A stretch of DNA of 64,000 nt from Spirochaetia bacterium (GTDB lineage: Bacteria; Spirochaetota; Spirochaetia; DSM-2461). The stretch is from positions 2,816,001 through 2,880,000 of the forward strand of contig CAXXIA010000002.1 of the NCBI GenBank assembly GCA_963666985.2, read 5' to 3'. A program made the position numbers and the translations under genes. Below are positions 17,240-27,950 of the stretch, piece after piece. The first letter of the stretch is position 1. Every line of letters starts with the position of its first letter. The notes below the pieces were generated by a model that saw nothing but the letters and a program-made list of their open reading frames with translations, was not told the origin of the DNA and did not search any database.

Positions 17240-18520
17240 ATGGCGGATATTTTTGACAAATGCGCAACCGATGAAGGGTATTTCGGCCGTTTCCGCGCCG
17301 CCGGAGACCGTTTTTTCACCCTTCCGGTTATAGACGATCTTCCCGGTCCCCGGATGAAGTACCAGGGCCAGGAAAACATCATGTGGTCGGTGAACAACTA
17401 CATTGGTCTGGCAAACGATCCGGATATCAAAGCGGCGGCTCTGGAGGCCACCGAATACTGGTCGGTGAGTTCCCCCATGGGATCGCGCATGATGAGCGGA
17501 ACCACCAGTGAGCATCTGGCCTTGGAAAAATCTCTGGCCGAACTTGCCCAGAAGGAAGATGCCTTCCTTTTTAACTACGGCTACATGGGCGTTATCGGCA
17601 CCGTGGTGTCCTTAACCGGTCCGGACGACACCCTCATCGTCGATAAATTGGCTCATGCCTGTATCGTCGACGCGGCCTTCAGCGCCAAAGGATCGAACGC
17701 CGGCAAGCCCAATGTCCGTTTCTTCCGGCATAACGACATGCACGATTTGGAATCGGTGCTGAAGATGGTTAATAAGGACCGCAAGGGCGGCGTGATGATT
17801 CTTTCCGAAGGCGTATACGGCATGACCGGCGACCTTGCGGATTTGAAGGGCATCACCGCTTTGGCGCGGCAGTACGACGCCCGAGTGTTCATTGACGACG
17901 CCCACGGCATCGGCGTACTGGGAGAAAATGGACGGGGAACCGCCGATCATCTGGGCGTTCAGGATGAAATCGATATCTATTTCGGTACTTTCGCCAAAAC
18001 CTTCGCTTCCATCGGCGGCTTTTCGGCCACCACCAAACAGGTACGCGACTGGATTGCCTACAACGCCCGCACCCAGGTTTTCGCCAAGGCGCTGCCTATG
18101 CCTTACGTGAAGTCCCTTCAGGTGGCCCTGACGAAAGTGATGAATGACGATTTTCGCCGGAAGCTGATGTGGGAGCGTTCCAACCAACTGAAAAACGGAC
18201 TTCGCGAGTTGGGGTATCACATCGGTACAGGTGATTCACCTATCTGTGCGGTCTTTACACCCGTCGGCGACAACCTCGAGGATGTTGGCATGGGTATGCT
18301 TAAATACCTGCGTGACCATAACATCTTCTGCACAGGTGTTGTGTGGCCGGTTATTCCTCCGGGACTGGTTATGTTCAGGATGATCCCCACCACCGCCCAT
18401 TCCGAGGAAGACGTGGCCCGTACCGTCGAAGTGTTTAAAAGCATGCGGGACGATCTGAAGATTCAGTTCCCCTTAAACGACGACCTTGTAAAACGTATCG
18501 GCAAAATATTCAGAGACTAG
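17240..18520 (+). CDS. alpha-oxoamine synthase, probable cysteate acyltransferase (SulA/CapB-type)
   Basis: WSVNNYIGL, GSRMMSG, DDAHG, GTFAK (PLP Lys253) and QVFAKALP (Lys283); directly follows cysteate synthase. Confidence 0.85.
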   Translation: MADIFDKCATDEGYFGRFRAAGDRFFTLPVIDDLPGPRMKYQGQENIMWSVNNYIGLANDPDIKAAALEATEYWSVSSPMGSRMMSGTTSEHLALEKSLAELAQKEDAFLFNYGYMGVIGTVVSLTGPDDTLIVDKLAHACIVDAAFSAKGSNAGKPNVRFFRHNDMHDLESVLKMVNKDRKGGVMILSEGVYGMTGDLADLKGITALARQYDARVFIDDAHGIGVLGENGRGTADHLGVQDEIDIYFGTFAKTFASIGGFSATTKQVRDWIAYNARTQVFAKALPMPYVKSLQVALTKVMNDDFRRKLMWERSNQLKNGLRELGYHIGTGDSPICAVFTPVGDNLEDVGMGMLKYLRDHNIFCTGVVWPVIPPGLVMFRMIPTTAHSEEDVARTVEVFKSMRDDLKIQFPLNDDLVKRIGKIFRD

Positions 18521-18522
18521 AA

Positions 18523-18692
18523 GGTCTAATTCGTAAAGAAAACAAGAGAGTACCCGCTGTTCGGCGCTGCCGAACAGCTGTTTATCGATGTCTCGTGAGA
18601 GTGTAACGGAAGCGGATTCGGATCTAGGGTCGTACCGCAGCTGAGCGAGGAACGATTTCGGCACAATTCTTTTTGTTTTCACGAATTAGACC
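18523..18692. mobile_element. 170 bp MITE-like element
   Basis: Terminal inverted repeats GGTCTAATTCGT..GAAAACAA / TTGTTTTCACGAATTAGACC, flanked on both sides by GAA (candidate 3 bp target duplication); no transposase. Confidence 0.75.
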
Positions 18693-19787
18693 GAAGGACG
18701 AGGAGCGTGAGAGGGATATCCAAGCTTGATTGAGTATCCCCGAACCGACGATGGCCTCCGCTCAGCGAAGCTCGCTTTCAAGTCAAATTATATAAAAAGC
18801 ACAAAAGGGCTCGGTATCACCGGGTCCTTTTTCGTTATCTGGGAACGGTCCGCTTTACGCTGGTGTGAGAGCTGAGAGGAGCGGCTCATCTTGTTTTTAC
18901 ATTCCCGGGCATCTAAAAAGCCTTATGCTGGGATTCGGCTTTAAGCCCGTCCATTATTAATTTGATTGGTATTTTGCGCAGGAGCCTACTTTGCTCTTGA
19001 TTTGCAGGAGGAATTCGATGCTGATGAAATGCGGTGTAAACGAGATAGAAGAGCCGCCTAAAACGCCGCTGAAGCTTGGATTCCTTTCGCTGCTGAAACG
19101 CTTAAAGTTTTGATGAGTGTTTAATTTACTTTTTTTCGCAGAATCTTAGCAATGAATATGTTTTATTATAAGTAAACTTATTTTTCACTTTTTAGCCTAA
19201 GAAAACTAAAACAAAGCAGAACTGAAATTTCTGTATTAAGAAGTACTTTTTTCTATGAAATTCGGGAATTAATGAACGTAATGTATAAAATAAATTTATA
19301 TAAGAGAAAGAAAATTATCTTGCTGCGTTATTTTGTATGCTTGAATCATCAAGAAAAAATGATGCTCATGGAGGAATTGAAAATATTGAGGACGGCCTCG
19401 AGTAATAGAAACATAATGTTTCATTTATAGTTTGATGAAGAAAAAATTGTTTTAAACTGTTGGACGTTTCTCTCTCAATTGTCTTTTGAATATAAGCTTC
19501 TGAATCCCTCCTTTAGGTTACTTTTTCCTTTCCTTTGATCGTTTTTTCCTTCTTCTCAGGAAAGAGTGATGAAACTTTTTTTTGTGATGATAGGGAATAT
19601 AGATAATTTTAGATGTAAACATTTGGTTGTGGTGTGTGGGAAAAAGAATTGTTTTACAAATGATAATCTCAATAATAAGATCCTTTCCCATAGGAAATAT
19701 GTTCAATATGAAATAAGTGTATTCATGGTTTGAATAATACTTGGATTTGTATTGGGGATATTCCTAAAAAACTATTTCGGAGGAAAC

Positions 19788-21356
19788 ATGAAAACAAAGT
19801 TTTGGAAAGTTGTTTGTCTGCTTGGTGTTTCTGTATCGATTCTTTTTTGTTTTACAGGTTGTTCAGAGAAAAAAGATTCCACAGATGTGAGTGCGGATGA
19901 AGTTATCTCGAAGAAGAAAACTCCTGATGATACATTCGTCTATGGCGGACCGAATGAACCATTTACATTAGCGCCTTATGACGCCAATGCTTTAACAAGC
20001 TGGTTGGCGGGAAAAGTCATCCACGATAACTTGGTTGAAATGGATCCCGATACGGGGGACTTTGTCGGTGTTCTGGCCGAATCATGGGATTACTCCGATG
20101 ATTATTTAACATTAACTCTTCACATAAGGGATGGTGTAGAGTTTCAGAACGGAGTTGAACTGTCCAGTGAAGATGTTCTGTTTACACTGGAACAAATTTC
20201 GAAAACGTCCCGTTTTGCCGCTAATTATAAATGCATCGATTTCAGCAAATGTGAATTGGTTGATGATTTAACACTTAAAATTGTATTTAATGAAACCTAT
20301 GCTCCGTTTTTTGCCTTTCTGGCGCATCCTTCCGCCGGAATTGTTTGTAAAAGCTATTTTGAAGAAGTCGGACCGGATTTGTTTTCACAAAAGCCCATGG
20401 GTACCGGACCCTTCACGTTTAAAGAATGGATTTCCGGCGATAGGATAACTCTGGTAAGAAATGATTCCTATTGGGGTGATAAACCTGCCTATAAAAACTT
20501 GGTAATTCGATTTATTCCTGAAGATACAACCAGAATGATTGAGTTTGAAACCGGCGGTGTTGATGCTATCGGTAATCTTTCCGGAAATGATATGGAACGG
20601 ATGATGAAGGGCAGTGTTGAGAATGCGCGTTTAGAGTCCTGCACCGGTCAGAAAGTTTACAGATGGTGTATGTTTAGAGGCAATGAGGTTCTGAATAATC
20701 AGAAAGTTAGAGAAGCCATTTCTTTAGCTCTGGATTTTGAAGGGATTACCCAATCTGTATTTGGGCCTGCCGGTCAGCTTGCAAAAAGTATATTGCCGCC
20801 GGACAGCAGGTTTTACAAGGAAGTCGGGACTTATAAATATGATCCCGAACTGGCAAAAAAGCTTATGGCTGAGGCCGGTTATCCCGATGGATTTGAAGTC
20901 AATACATATACCGTTGCAGGTGATGAAGAAAAAATATGTGAAATTGCTCAATCCATGCTTGCCGAAATCGGAATCAAGATGAATATCGAAATTGCGGAAC
21001 TTGCGACTTTGATTAAGACGGAGATGAGCGGTGAATGTAATATGGGTATTGTGAAAATGACCGCTACAACTCGGGATCCTGATCAGACGTACAACACCCT
21101 TACCGCCGATACTTCCCTCGGTATTTCGCGTGTTCCTGAGAAAGCTTTGGATGATTTAATCGCTATAGGCCGAACGTCAATCGAAGATTCTGTGCGGGCT
21201 GACGCATACGCCAAGGCGGATCAGTATGTTTATGATAATTATATTCAATTCCCAATACTGGTAAATGTTGTTGGCTATGCAATCAAGGATTACATTGATT
21301 ACTTCGATGCGGATACCGGAAACATTCCTGACTTGGCTAAGGTAACTTTTAAATAG
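19788..21356 (+). CDS. peptide/nickel-type ABC transporter substrate-binding lipoprotein (family 5)
   Basis: Lipobox FTGC; LAESW, PMGTGPF, RNDSYWG; GGAGG before ATG 19788. Confidence 0.93.
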   Translation: MKTKFWKVVCLLGVSVSILFCFTGCSEKKDSTDVSADEVISKKKTPDDTFVYGGPNEPFTLAPYDANALTSWLAGKVIHDNLVEMDPDTGDFVGVLAESWDYSDDYLTLTLHIRDGVEFQNGVELSSEDVLFTLEQISKTSRFAANYKCIDFSKCELVDDLTLKIVFNETYAPFFAFLAHPSAGIVCKSYFEEVGPDLFSQKPMGTGPFTFKEWISGDRITLVRNDSYWGDKPAYKNLVIRFIPEDTTRMIEFETGGVDAIGNLSGNDMERMMKGSVENARLESCTGQKVYRWCMFRGNEVLNNQKVREAISLALDFEGITQSVFGPAGQLAKSILPPDSRFYKEVGTYKYDPELAKKLMAEAGYPDGFEVNTYTVAGDEEKICEIAQSMLAEIGIKMNIEIAELATLIKTEMSGECNMGIVKMTATTRDPDQTYNTLTADTSLGISRVPEKALDDLIAIGRTSIEDSVRADAYAKADQYVYDNYIQFPILVNVVGYAIKDYIDYFDADTGNIPDLAKVTFK

Positions 21357-21377
21357 AAATCATTTTTTTGATAATCT

Positions 21378-21411
21378 TTTGGGCATGTCTGTTTATTACG
21401 GCATGCCCAAA
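21378..21411 (+). terminator. stem-loop after the binding-protein gene
   Basis: TTTGGGCATG...CATGCCCAAA inverted repeat. Confidence 0.55.
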
Positions 21412-21698
21412 TCCGGTACTCTTTAATTGAATTAATATAAGGCTCATTGTCGGAAAAATAGTTAATGTTTTATCCCTTCTAAGGTCTCTTTTATGATTGT
21501 TACGGATGTAAAGTCATTATATTCAGGATGTGAATGCTAATTATATTCCTAAGAAGACATTTGTACTAAAGGAAAGATTAATGTGAGCTTAATGTCATAT
21601 TTGGAAATACTTATAGAGCATTTTTTTGTAAATCCGTTTTTGAGGATATAAAATTAAATTGATGCAGAGAAAATCATCTTAATAAGGAGGGAAAAGTT

Positions 21699-22685
21699 TT
21701 GATTAAGTATATATTACGTCGTTTGCTCGTAATGATACCGGTATTACTTGGGGTTGTATTTATTATTTTTACCATCAATTATTTTTCACCGGGCGATCCT
21801 GCATTGATCATTTTAGGGTCTGAAGCTACGCAGGCGCAAATTGATCAATTACATGCCGATTTAGGCTTGGATTTACCTTTTTTTGTTCAGTTTTTTAATT
21901 ATATAAAAGGAATAGTGACTCATTTGGATTTGGGTACTTCGTATATTACGAAGACTGAAGTTCGGAGTGATATTCTTGCACGATTCCCATCGACGTTTAA
22001 ACTGGCCATTCTTTCCACTGCTCTCGCAACGCTTATCGGAATACCTTTGGGTGTGATTGCCGCAACTAAACAAACGACTCTATTTGATTATGCCTCAACG
22101 TTCCTTGCCCTGATCGGCGCGTCCATGCCCAGCTTCTGGCTTGGCCTTATGCTGATAATTTTATTCTCACTTAATTTAGGCCTTCTTCCCGCATCAGGAC
22201 TTGCAACATGGAGACATTGGATATTGCCGACAGTCGCTATTAGCGTGGTTCCGATTGCTAATATCACAAGAACAACCAGGTCAAGTATGCTGGAAGTTAT
22301 TCGTCAGGACTATATTCGCACGGCTCGTTCCAAGGGTCTGAAAGAGCGGAAAATAATTACAAAGCATGCGTTGGCAAATGCCATTATTCCCGTAATTACA
22401 ATTATTGGGATATTGCTTGCATTTACTATGGGAGGACTTATTGTTCTTGAAACAGTCTTTTCGGTTCCCGGAATGGGTACGCTAATGAAGAAGGCTATTT
22501 CATATAAAGACTACCCGACAATTCAAGGCTGTGTTCTCTTTATAGCTTTAATTATGAGCGTAATGAATCTTCTGATTGATATCTTATATGCCTTTATTGA
22601 TCCTCGGATTAAGTCTCAATACGTAAAACGGAATCCAAAGAACTCCTCAAAGAAGATTGAGAATAGAGGAGACAATGATGATTGA
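21699..22685 (+). CDS. peptide ABC transporter permease (OppB/DppB-like)
   Basis: YILRRLL, PGDPA, TRSSMLEVIRQDYIRTARSKG. Confidence 0.95.
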   Translation: MIKYILRRLLVMIPVLLGVVFIIFTINYFSPGDPALIILGSEATQAQIDQLHADLGLDLPFFVQFFNYIKGIVTHLDLGTSYITKTEVRSDILARFPSTFKLAILSTALATLIGIPLGVIAATKQTTLFDYASTFLALIGASMPSFWLGLMLIILFSLNLGLLPASGLATWRHWILPTVAISVVPIANITRTTRSSMLEVIRQDYIRTARSKGLKERKIITKHALANAIIPVITIIGILLAFTMGGLIVLETVFSVPGMGTLMKKAISYKDYPTIQGCVLFIALIMSVMNLLIDILYAFIDPRIKSQYVKRNPKNSSKKIENRGDNDD

Positions 22686-23544
22686 TAATTGCCAAATGAA
22701 AAAAATGAATCAATCGAAAGAAGTTTGGCAGAGGCTGCGAAAAAACAAACTTACAATATTGGGCCTGATTCTGGCTCTTCTTTTAGTCTTTAGTGCAATA
22801 TTTGCACCCTTCATCTGCAGATATGAGTACGAAGATCAAGATTTAAGAAATGCTTTTCAATATCCAAGTTTTAAGCATCTTTTAGGTACTGATAATTATG
22901 GGAGAGATATTTTTACTCGAATTATTTACGGAGGAAGAACTTCTCTCTTAATTGCGTTAATTGCAGTTTCCCTTGGCCTGATTGTCGGAGGCCTTCTTGG
23001 AGCTTTTGCGGCCTATTATGGTGGAATCTTTGAGAATGTAATAATGCGGGGATTGGATATTGTCATGGCAATTCCTTCTTTATTACTTGCGGTGGCAATC
23101 TCTGCGGCTTTGGGAGTGGGAATGCTCAATTGTGCTATTGCTATTGGGATTGCAACGGTACCCATGTTTGCCAGGGTAATCAGAGCTTCGGCACTTTCAA
23201 TAAAAGATCAAGAGTACATTGAAGCTGCTCATGCATGCGGAGTGGGCAATGTTAAGATAATTTTCAAGCATGTCATTCCCAATTCTTTGGCACCGATTAT
23301 CGTCCAAGGAACTTTAAAAATTGGCGAAGCAATACTCCAGATCGCAAGTCTTAGTTTTATCGGTCTCGGCGTTCAGCCGCCAACACCGGAATGGGGCAGC
23401 ATGCTTGCTTTCGGCCGTGAGTTTATTAGGGACTTTTGGCCAATTGTAACCTTTCCCGGTATTGCCATAATGATTACGTTGATTGTATTTAACGTACTTG
23501 GTGATGGTCTTCGAGATGCTCTTGATCCAAGACTTAAGCAGTAG
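22675..23544 (+). CDS. peptide ABC transporter permease (OppC/DppC-like)
   Basis: HLLGTDNYGRDIF, EYIEAA, GDGLRDALDP. Confidence 0.95.
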   Translation: MMIDNCQMKKMNQSKEVWQRLRKNKLTILGLILALLLVFSAIFAPFICRYEYEDQDLRNAFQYPSFKHLLGTDNYGRDIFTRIIYGGRTSLLIALIAVSLGLIVGGLLGAFAAYYGGIFENVIMRGLDIVMAIPSLLLAVAISAALGVGMLNCAIAIGIATVPMFARVIRASALSIKDQEYIEAAHACGVGNVKIIFKHVIPNSLAPIIVQGTLKIGEAILQIASLSFIGLGVQPPTPEWGSMLAFGREFIRDFWPIVTFPGIAIMITLIVFNVLGDGLRDALDPRLKQ

Positions 23545-23556
23545 AGGGAGGTAATT

Positions 23557-24531
23557 TTGAGCTTACTCGAAATAAAAGACCTATCAATTCATTATGTCTC
23601 CGACAGAGAAACAGTATACGCCGTTAATGGTGTCAGTTTGGAAATAGGTGAGAAAAAAACTCTTGGACTGGTGGGCGAGACAGGAGCCGGAAAAACGTCC
23701 ACGGCGCTGGGCATAATGCGCCTTGTTCCTGAACCGGCGGGAAAGATAGTTTCAGGGGAAATCTTATTTAATGGTGAAGATATTCTAAAAAAGTCTTCCA
23801 GTGAGATGAGACGGTTTAGGGGCAATAAAATATCCATGATATTTCAGGATCCGATGACCGCTCTTAATCCAATTGTTCCAGTCGGAAAACAAATCGCTGA
23901 AGTTATCGAAGAGCATAAGAAATGCTCTAAAGCCGAGGCTGAATTAATTGCTTTGGAAATGTTGGAGAGTGTTGGAATCCAAGCGGAAAGATCCATGGAA
24001 TATCCGCATCAGTTTTCAGGAGGAATGAAGCAAAGAGTCATTATTGCTATTGCTCTTGCCTGTAACCCTAAGCTTCTTATTGCAGATGAACCTACTACCG
24101 CGCTTGACGTAACGATTCAGGCACAGGTTCTTGAAATGATTAATGAGCTGAAAGAAAGAAACGGCACCTCAATGCTTCTGATAACGCATGATTTAGGAGT
24201 TGTCGCGGAAGTCTGCGATATGGTTGCCATAATGTACGCAGGTGAGATTGTTGAGTATGGAAACCTTGAAGATATCTTTGATCATACTTCACATCCATAT
24301 ACGGAGGGGCTTTTTCAGTCGATTCCGAATATTAAAACAGAGGTGAGTAGGCTTCAGCCCATAAAGGGACTGATGCCCGATCCATCAAATTTGCCTAAGG
24401 GCTGCAAATTTCATCCTCGGTGCCCCTATAAAAAAGATAAATGTGAATTGGAAAATCCGGAAATAAGAGAGATTTCAGAAGGCCATTTTATGAAATGTCA
24501 TTATACGGTTAATGAGAGAAAGAGTAATTAA
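23557..24531 (+). CDS. peptide ABC transporter ATPase (OppD-like)
   Basis: [33 protein letters not shown]. Confidence 0.95.
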   Translation: MSLLEIKDLSIHYVSDRETVYAVNGVSLEIGEKKTLGLVGETGAGKTSTALGIMRLVPEPAGKIVSGEILFNGEDILKKSSSEMRRFRGNKISMIFQDPMTALNPIVPVGKQIAEVIEEHKKCSKAEAELIALEMLESVGIQAERSMEYPHQFSGGMKQRVIIAIALACNPKLLIADEPTTALDVTIQAQVLEMINELKERNGTSMLLITHDLGVVAEVCDMVAIMYAGEIVEYGNLEDIFDHTSHPYTEGLFQSIPNIKTEVSRLQPIKGLMPDPSNLPKGCKFHPRCPYKKDKCELENPEIREISEGHFMKCHYTVNERKSN

Positions 24532-24532
24532 G

Positions 24533-25495
24533 ATGTCGGTATTATTAGATATCCATAACCTGAAAAAATATTTCAAAACACCAAATGGACTTTTACATGC
24601 GGTTGAAAATGTATCTTTCTCAATTGAAGAAGGAAAGACCTTCGGCCTTGTCGGGGAGTCCGGATGTGGTAAATCAACACTGGGACGTATTGTTGTGGGC
24701 CTTCTTGAAGCCACTGATGGTGAAGTGATTTTTGAAGGCAAAAATATTGCTGCGTTGAGAAAAAAAGAAAAAATTGCTCTTAGAAGAAGAATGCAGATTA
24801 TCTTTCAGGATCCTGTTTCTTCTTTAGATCCGCGCATGTGTGTAAGTGAACTTATAGCGGAGCCTTTAAGAAGCTATAAAGAATTTAGTTCAAAAGATAA
24901 CCTTTATAGCCGTATTGGCGAGCTGATGGATACGGTAGGTTTGGCAAGAAGACTGACATATTCATATCCGCATGAATTGGATGGAGGGCGTCGTCAAAGG
25001 ATAGGGATTGCACGTGCTTTGGCATTGAATCCCAAATTTATTGTGTGTGATGAACCTGTTTCCGCGCTAGATGTTTCAATTCAAGCTCAAATTTTAAATC
25101 TTCTTCAGGAACTGCAAGAAGCTCATGGATTAACATATATCTTTATTACACATGATCTTTCCGTTGTTAAGCATATTTCCGACGACATCATGGTTATGTA
25201 TCTGGGATGTGTGGTCGAGAAAGCGGAATCCAATGAACTTTTTGAAAAGCAGCTGCATCCTTATACGAAGGGACTCATTTCGGCAATTCCTATTCCGAGC
25301 ATTCATCGGGAAAAGCTTAAAATTATGCTGAAGGGAGAGTTGGCATCTCCTATTAATCCAAAACCCGGATGTCGTTTTGCATCACGCTGTCCCTATTCGA
25401 AACCGGATTGTGAGGAATCTCAACCGAAACTTAAAGAAATTTTTCCTGGTCACTTTGTTGCTTGTCATTATGCCGGAGAGATAAACAATATTTAA
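24533..25495 (+). CDS. peptide ABC transporter ATPase (OppF-like)
   Basis: GESGCGKST, LDGGRRQR, DEPVSALD. Confidence 0.95.
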   Translation: MSVLLDIHNLKKYFKTPNGLLHAVENVSFSIEEGKTFGLVGESGCGKSTLGRIVVGLLEATDGEVIFEGKNIAALRKKEKIALRRRMQIIFQDPVSSLDPRMCVSELIAEPLRSYKEFSSKDNLYSRIGELMDTVGLARRLTYSYPHELDGGRRQRIGIARALALNPKFIVCDEPVSALDVSIQAQILNLLQELQEAHGLTYIFITHDLSVVKHISDDIMVMYLGCVVEKAESNELFEKQLHPYTKGLISAIPIPSIHREKLKIMLKGELASPINPKPGCRFASRCPYSKPDCEESQPKLKEIFPGHFVACHYAGEINNI

Positions 25496-25572
25496 GCGGA
25501 TTATATGTTTTGAAGATGCGAATGCAACATCGTTAGATGTTCTATACACCAGTTTTATAGGAGTATGAAAAG

Positions 25573-26484
25573 ATGAGAATGGAGCAATTAAAATATTTAA
25601 TCCATATTGCGAAAACTGGGTGTATCAGCAAATCCGCGGAAGAATTATTTATAACACAGCAAGGTCTCAGTAAATCTATCAGGAATATGGAAAAGGAACT
25701 CGATATACAATTGTTGGTTCGCAAAAAAAACGGGACCGAGCTGACAATGGCCGGTAAACGAATTGTTGAAAAGGCCAAAGAAATAACAGATAGCTGGGAC
25801 GCAATGGTATATAAAATATCGGAGGATAGTACCTTAAGAAAAGAAGAAAATATTTGCAGTATCCACTCTACTCCAAGAACTTGTGCAACACTTATGCCCA
25901 TTATTGTAAAAAAGTATTTTGAAAATTATCCGCATATGGGAATAAAGATCATTGAAAATGAATTGGAAGATTTTATGACAAGTCTTGATTTCTCAAGTCC
26001 CGAGATCTTTGTTTTTAATGCTCCTGATTTCTTGTTTAATAGCTATCTAAAAGAACGTTCTGATATAACCTTTAAAATACTTCGCGAAGATAAAATAAAG
26101 GTTGTAGTTCCTGAAAATTCAAAACTTTCTTCACATGAATATATAAAGGTTGAAGAGTTGGAAAATGTTCCAATAGCTTTCTTGGGTGGTGATGAAAGAC
26201 TCTTAAACCATATTTCAAATAGAAAAGTTAATAATATGAAAGCGATCCTTCATACGACGAATTTTGAACTTTTTAGGGAGGTGCTGAAAAGAAGCGATGC
26301 TGTTGGATTATGCAGCGGCGTTTTTGAAGAATGGATAAAATCATCAAAATCAAGAATTATTCCGCTGCAGAATGCAGTGGTTATTGTATCGGCCTATGTT
26401 GTGAATGAATATGTCTCAACTAATCCGATAGCTATCGAAGTTATGAATATGATACAAGAACAATTTAAATTGGCGCAGCCATAA
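25573..26484 (+). CDS. LysR-family transcriptional regulator
   Basis: N-terminal HTH ISKSAEELFITQQGLSKSIRNMEKELD. Confidence 0.9.
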   Translation: MRMEQLKYLIHIAKTGCISKSAEELFITQQGLSKSIRNMEKELDIQLLVRKKNGTELTMAGKRIVEKAKEITDSWDAMVYKISEDSTLRKEENICSIHSTPRTCATLMPIIVKKYFENYPHMGIKIIENELEDFMTSLDFSSPEIFVFNAPDFLFNSYLKERSDITFKILREDKIKVVVPENSKLSSHEYIKVEELENVPIAFLGGDERLLNHISNRKVNNMKAILHTTNFELFREVLKRSDAVGLCSGVFEEWIKSSKSRIIPLQNAVVIVSAYVVNEYVSTNPIAIEVMNMIQEQFKLAQP

Positions 26485-26619
26485 ATTTATGCAATTAATC
26501 AGAACATTAATTGAGCTGCAAATCTTAATGTAATAGATCTGTGTAAATATTTTTCTCAAGGAATGAATTTTGTCGTAATACCGCATTTATTCCTTATGAA
26601 TCTTTAAGGAGAGAATTAA

Positions 26620-27795
26620 ATGAAAATTAAGAGTGTTGATATCATTGAGCCCAAGCCCATTGACGGTATGCGTATTGTTGTCTGCAGGATCAATACGGAT
26701 GAGGATTTATCCGGTTCAGGTGAAATAGGTGTCGCTATCGGAGTCGGAGCAACCGCTGCCAGAGAAGTTATTAAAGATATGGCTCCCATGATTATTGGAA
26801 TGAATCCTCTCGATCATGAAGTAATCTGGGAAAAACTGTTCAAGAGGACTTTCTGGGGTATCGGAAACGGGGCGATAATTATGTCGGCCATAAGTGCGAT
26901 TGATACCGCATTATGGGATTTAAAAGGGAAATATTTTAATCTTCCTCTCTATGCTCTGCTTGGTGGGAAACATCATGAGAAATTACGTGCTTATGCGAGT
27001 CAACTTCAGAAGGGTTGGGGAGTTGATAGTTTTACAGAGTTATCGGAACCTGAAGAATTTGTAAAAGTATCAAAACTGGCTAAGGAGCAGGGATATACAG
27101 CAGTTAAGGCCAATGTGTTGGGTACCGATGACAATAAACAATTCCGTCATCCGCGAGAAACCACGTCTTATATAGAAAGAGATGTTATGCATAAAGCGGA
27201 AAGCAGACTCGCGGCCATCCGGGAGACAGTTGGCCCGGAAGTCGATATTATTCTTGAAAATCATGCAATAACAGATGCGAATACAGCAATTCAATTCTCA
27301 AAGATGGCCGAGAAATACGACATTATGTTTTTTGAAGAACCGGCTATTACGCTGAATCCGCAGGTGTTCAAAAAGATTGCCGATAATACCACCATCCCCT
27401 TGGCAACAGGTGAAAGAACCTTTCTTCGATATGGTTTTAGACCTCTGATTTTAGAAGGCGGTGTATCCGTTATCCAGCCTGATATTGGGAATTGCGGAGG
27501 TGTAACGGAGTTTATAAAAATTGCGAATCTTGCTTACATGTATGATGTATCGGTTCAGGCACATGTCTGCTCAGGCCCTTTGAGTGTTGCTGTGGGTCTT
27601 CATTGTGAAGCGGCCATTCCGAATTTTATTATTCACGAACATCATGTTATGAATACGACGAAGCAAAATACAATTCTTGGTAAATATGATTATCAACCCG
27701 TAAATGGCTATCTGAGCATCCCGGAATTACCCGGAATCGGCCAAGAATTATCGGATTACGCACTTGAGACGGCAAATATTACATCTGTAAATTGA
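26620..27795 (+). CDS. mandelate racemase/muconate lactonizing (enolase superfamily) enzyme, dehydratase-like
   Basis: SAIDTALWDLKGK, LLGG, FFEEP, ATGER, QPDIGNCGG, PGIG. Confidence 0.9.
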   Translation: MKIKSVDIIEPKPIDGMRIVVCRINTDEDLSGSGEIGVAIGVGATAAREVIKDMAPMIIGMNPLDHEVIWEKLFKRTFWGIGNGAIIMSAISAIDTALWDLKGKYFNLPLYALLGGKHHEKLRAYASQLQKGWGVDSFTELSEPEEFVKVSKLAKEQGYTAVKANVLGTDDNKQFRHPRETTSYIERDVMHKAESRLAAIRETVGPEVDIILENHAITDANTAIQFSKMAEKYDIMFFEEPAITLNPQVFKKIADNTTIPLATGERTFLRYGFRPLILEGGVSVIQPDIGNCGGVTEFIKIANLAYMYDVSVQAHVCSGPLSVAVGLHCEAAIPNFIIHEHHVMNTTKQNTILGKYDYQPVNGYLSIPELPGIGQELSDYALETANITSVN

Positions 27796-27950
27796 GAAAA
27801 GATATCAATATTATCGTAGTAAAACGATGAGAAGTTAATGATGCTTTAATGAGTGATCTTTGACTTTTCATCGCCTTTATTCAACGAACAACCTCAATGA
27901 TAAATAACCGAATTGTTTTTTTGAAAAATTCAAAAGGAGACGCTGACCAG

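Noticed and set aside
17240..18520. bioF or kbl annotation
   Set aside because: No bio or tdh genes are nearby; the FAK motif at 281-283 and the context favour a cysteate acyltransferase.
19518..19706. 62 aa ORF in the AT-rich region
   Set aside because: Low-complexity translation of T/A tracts in a probable promoter region.
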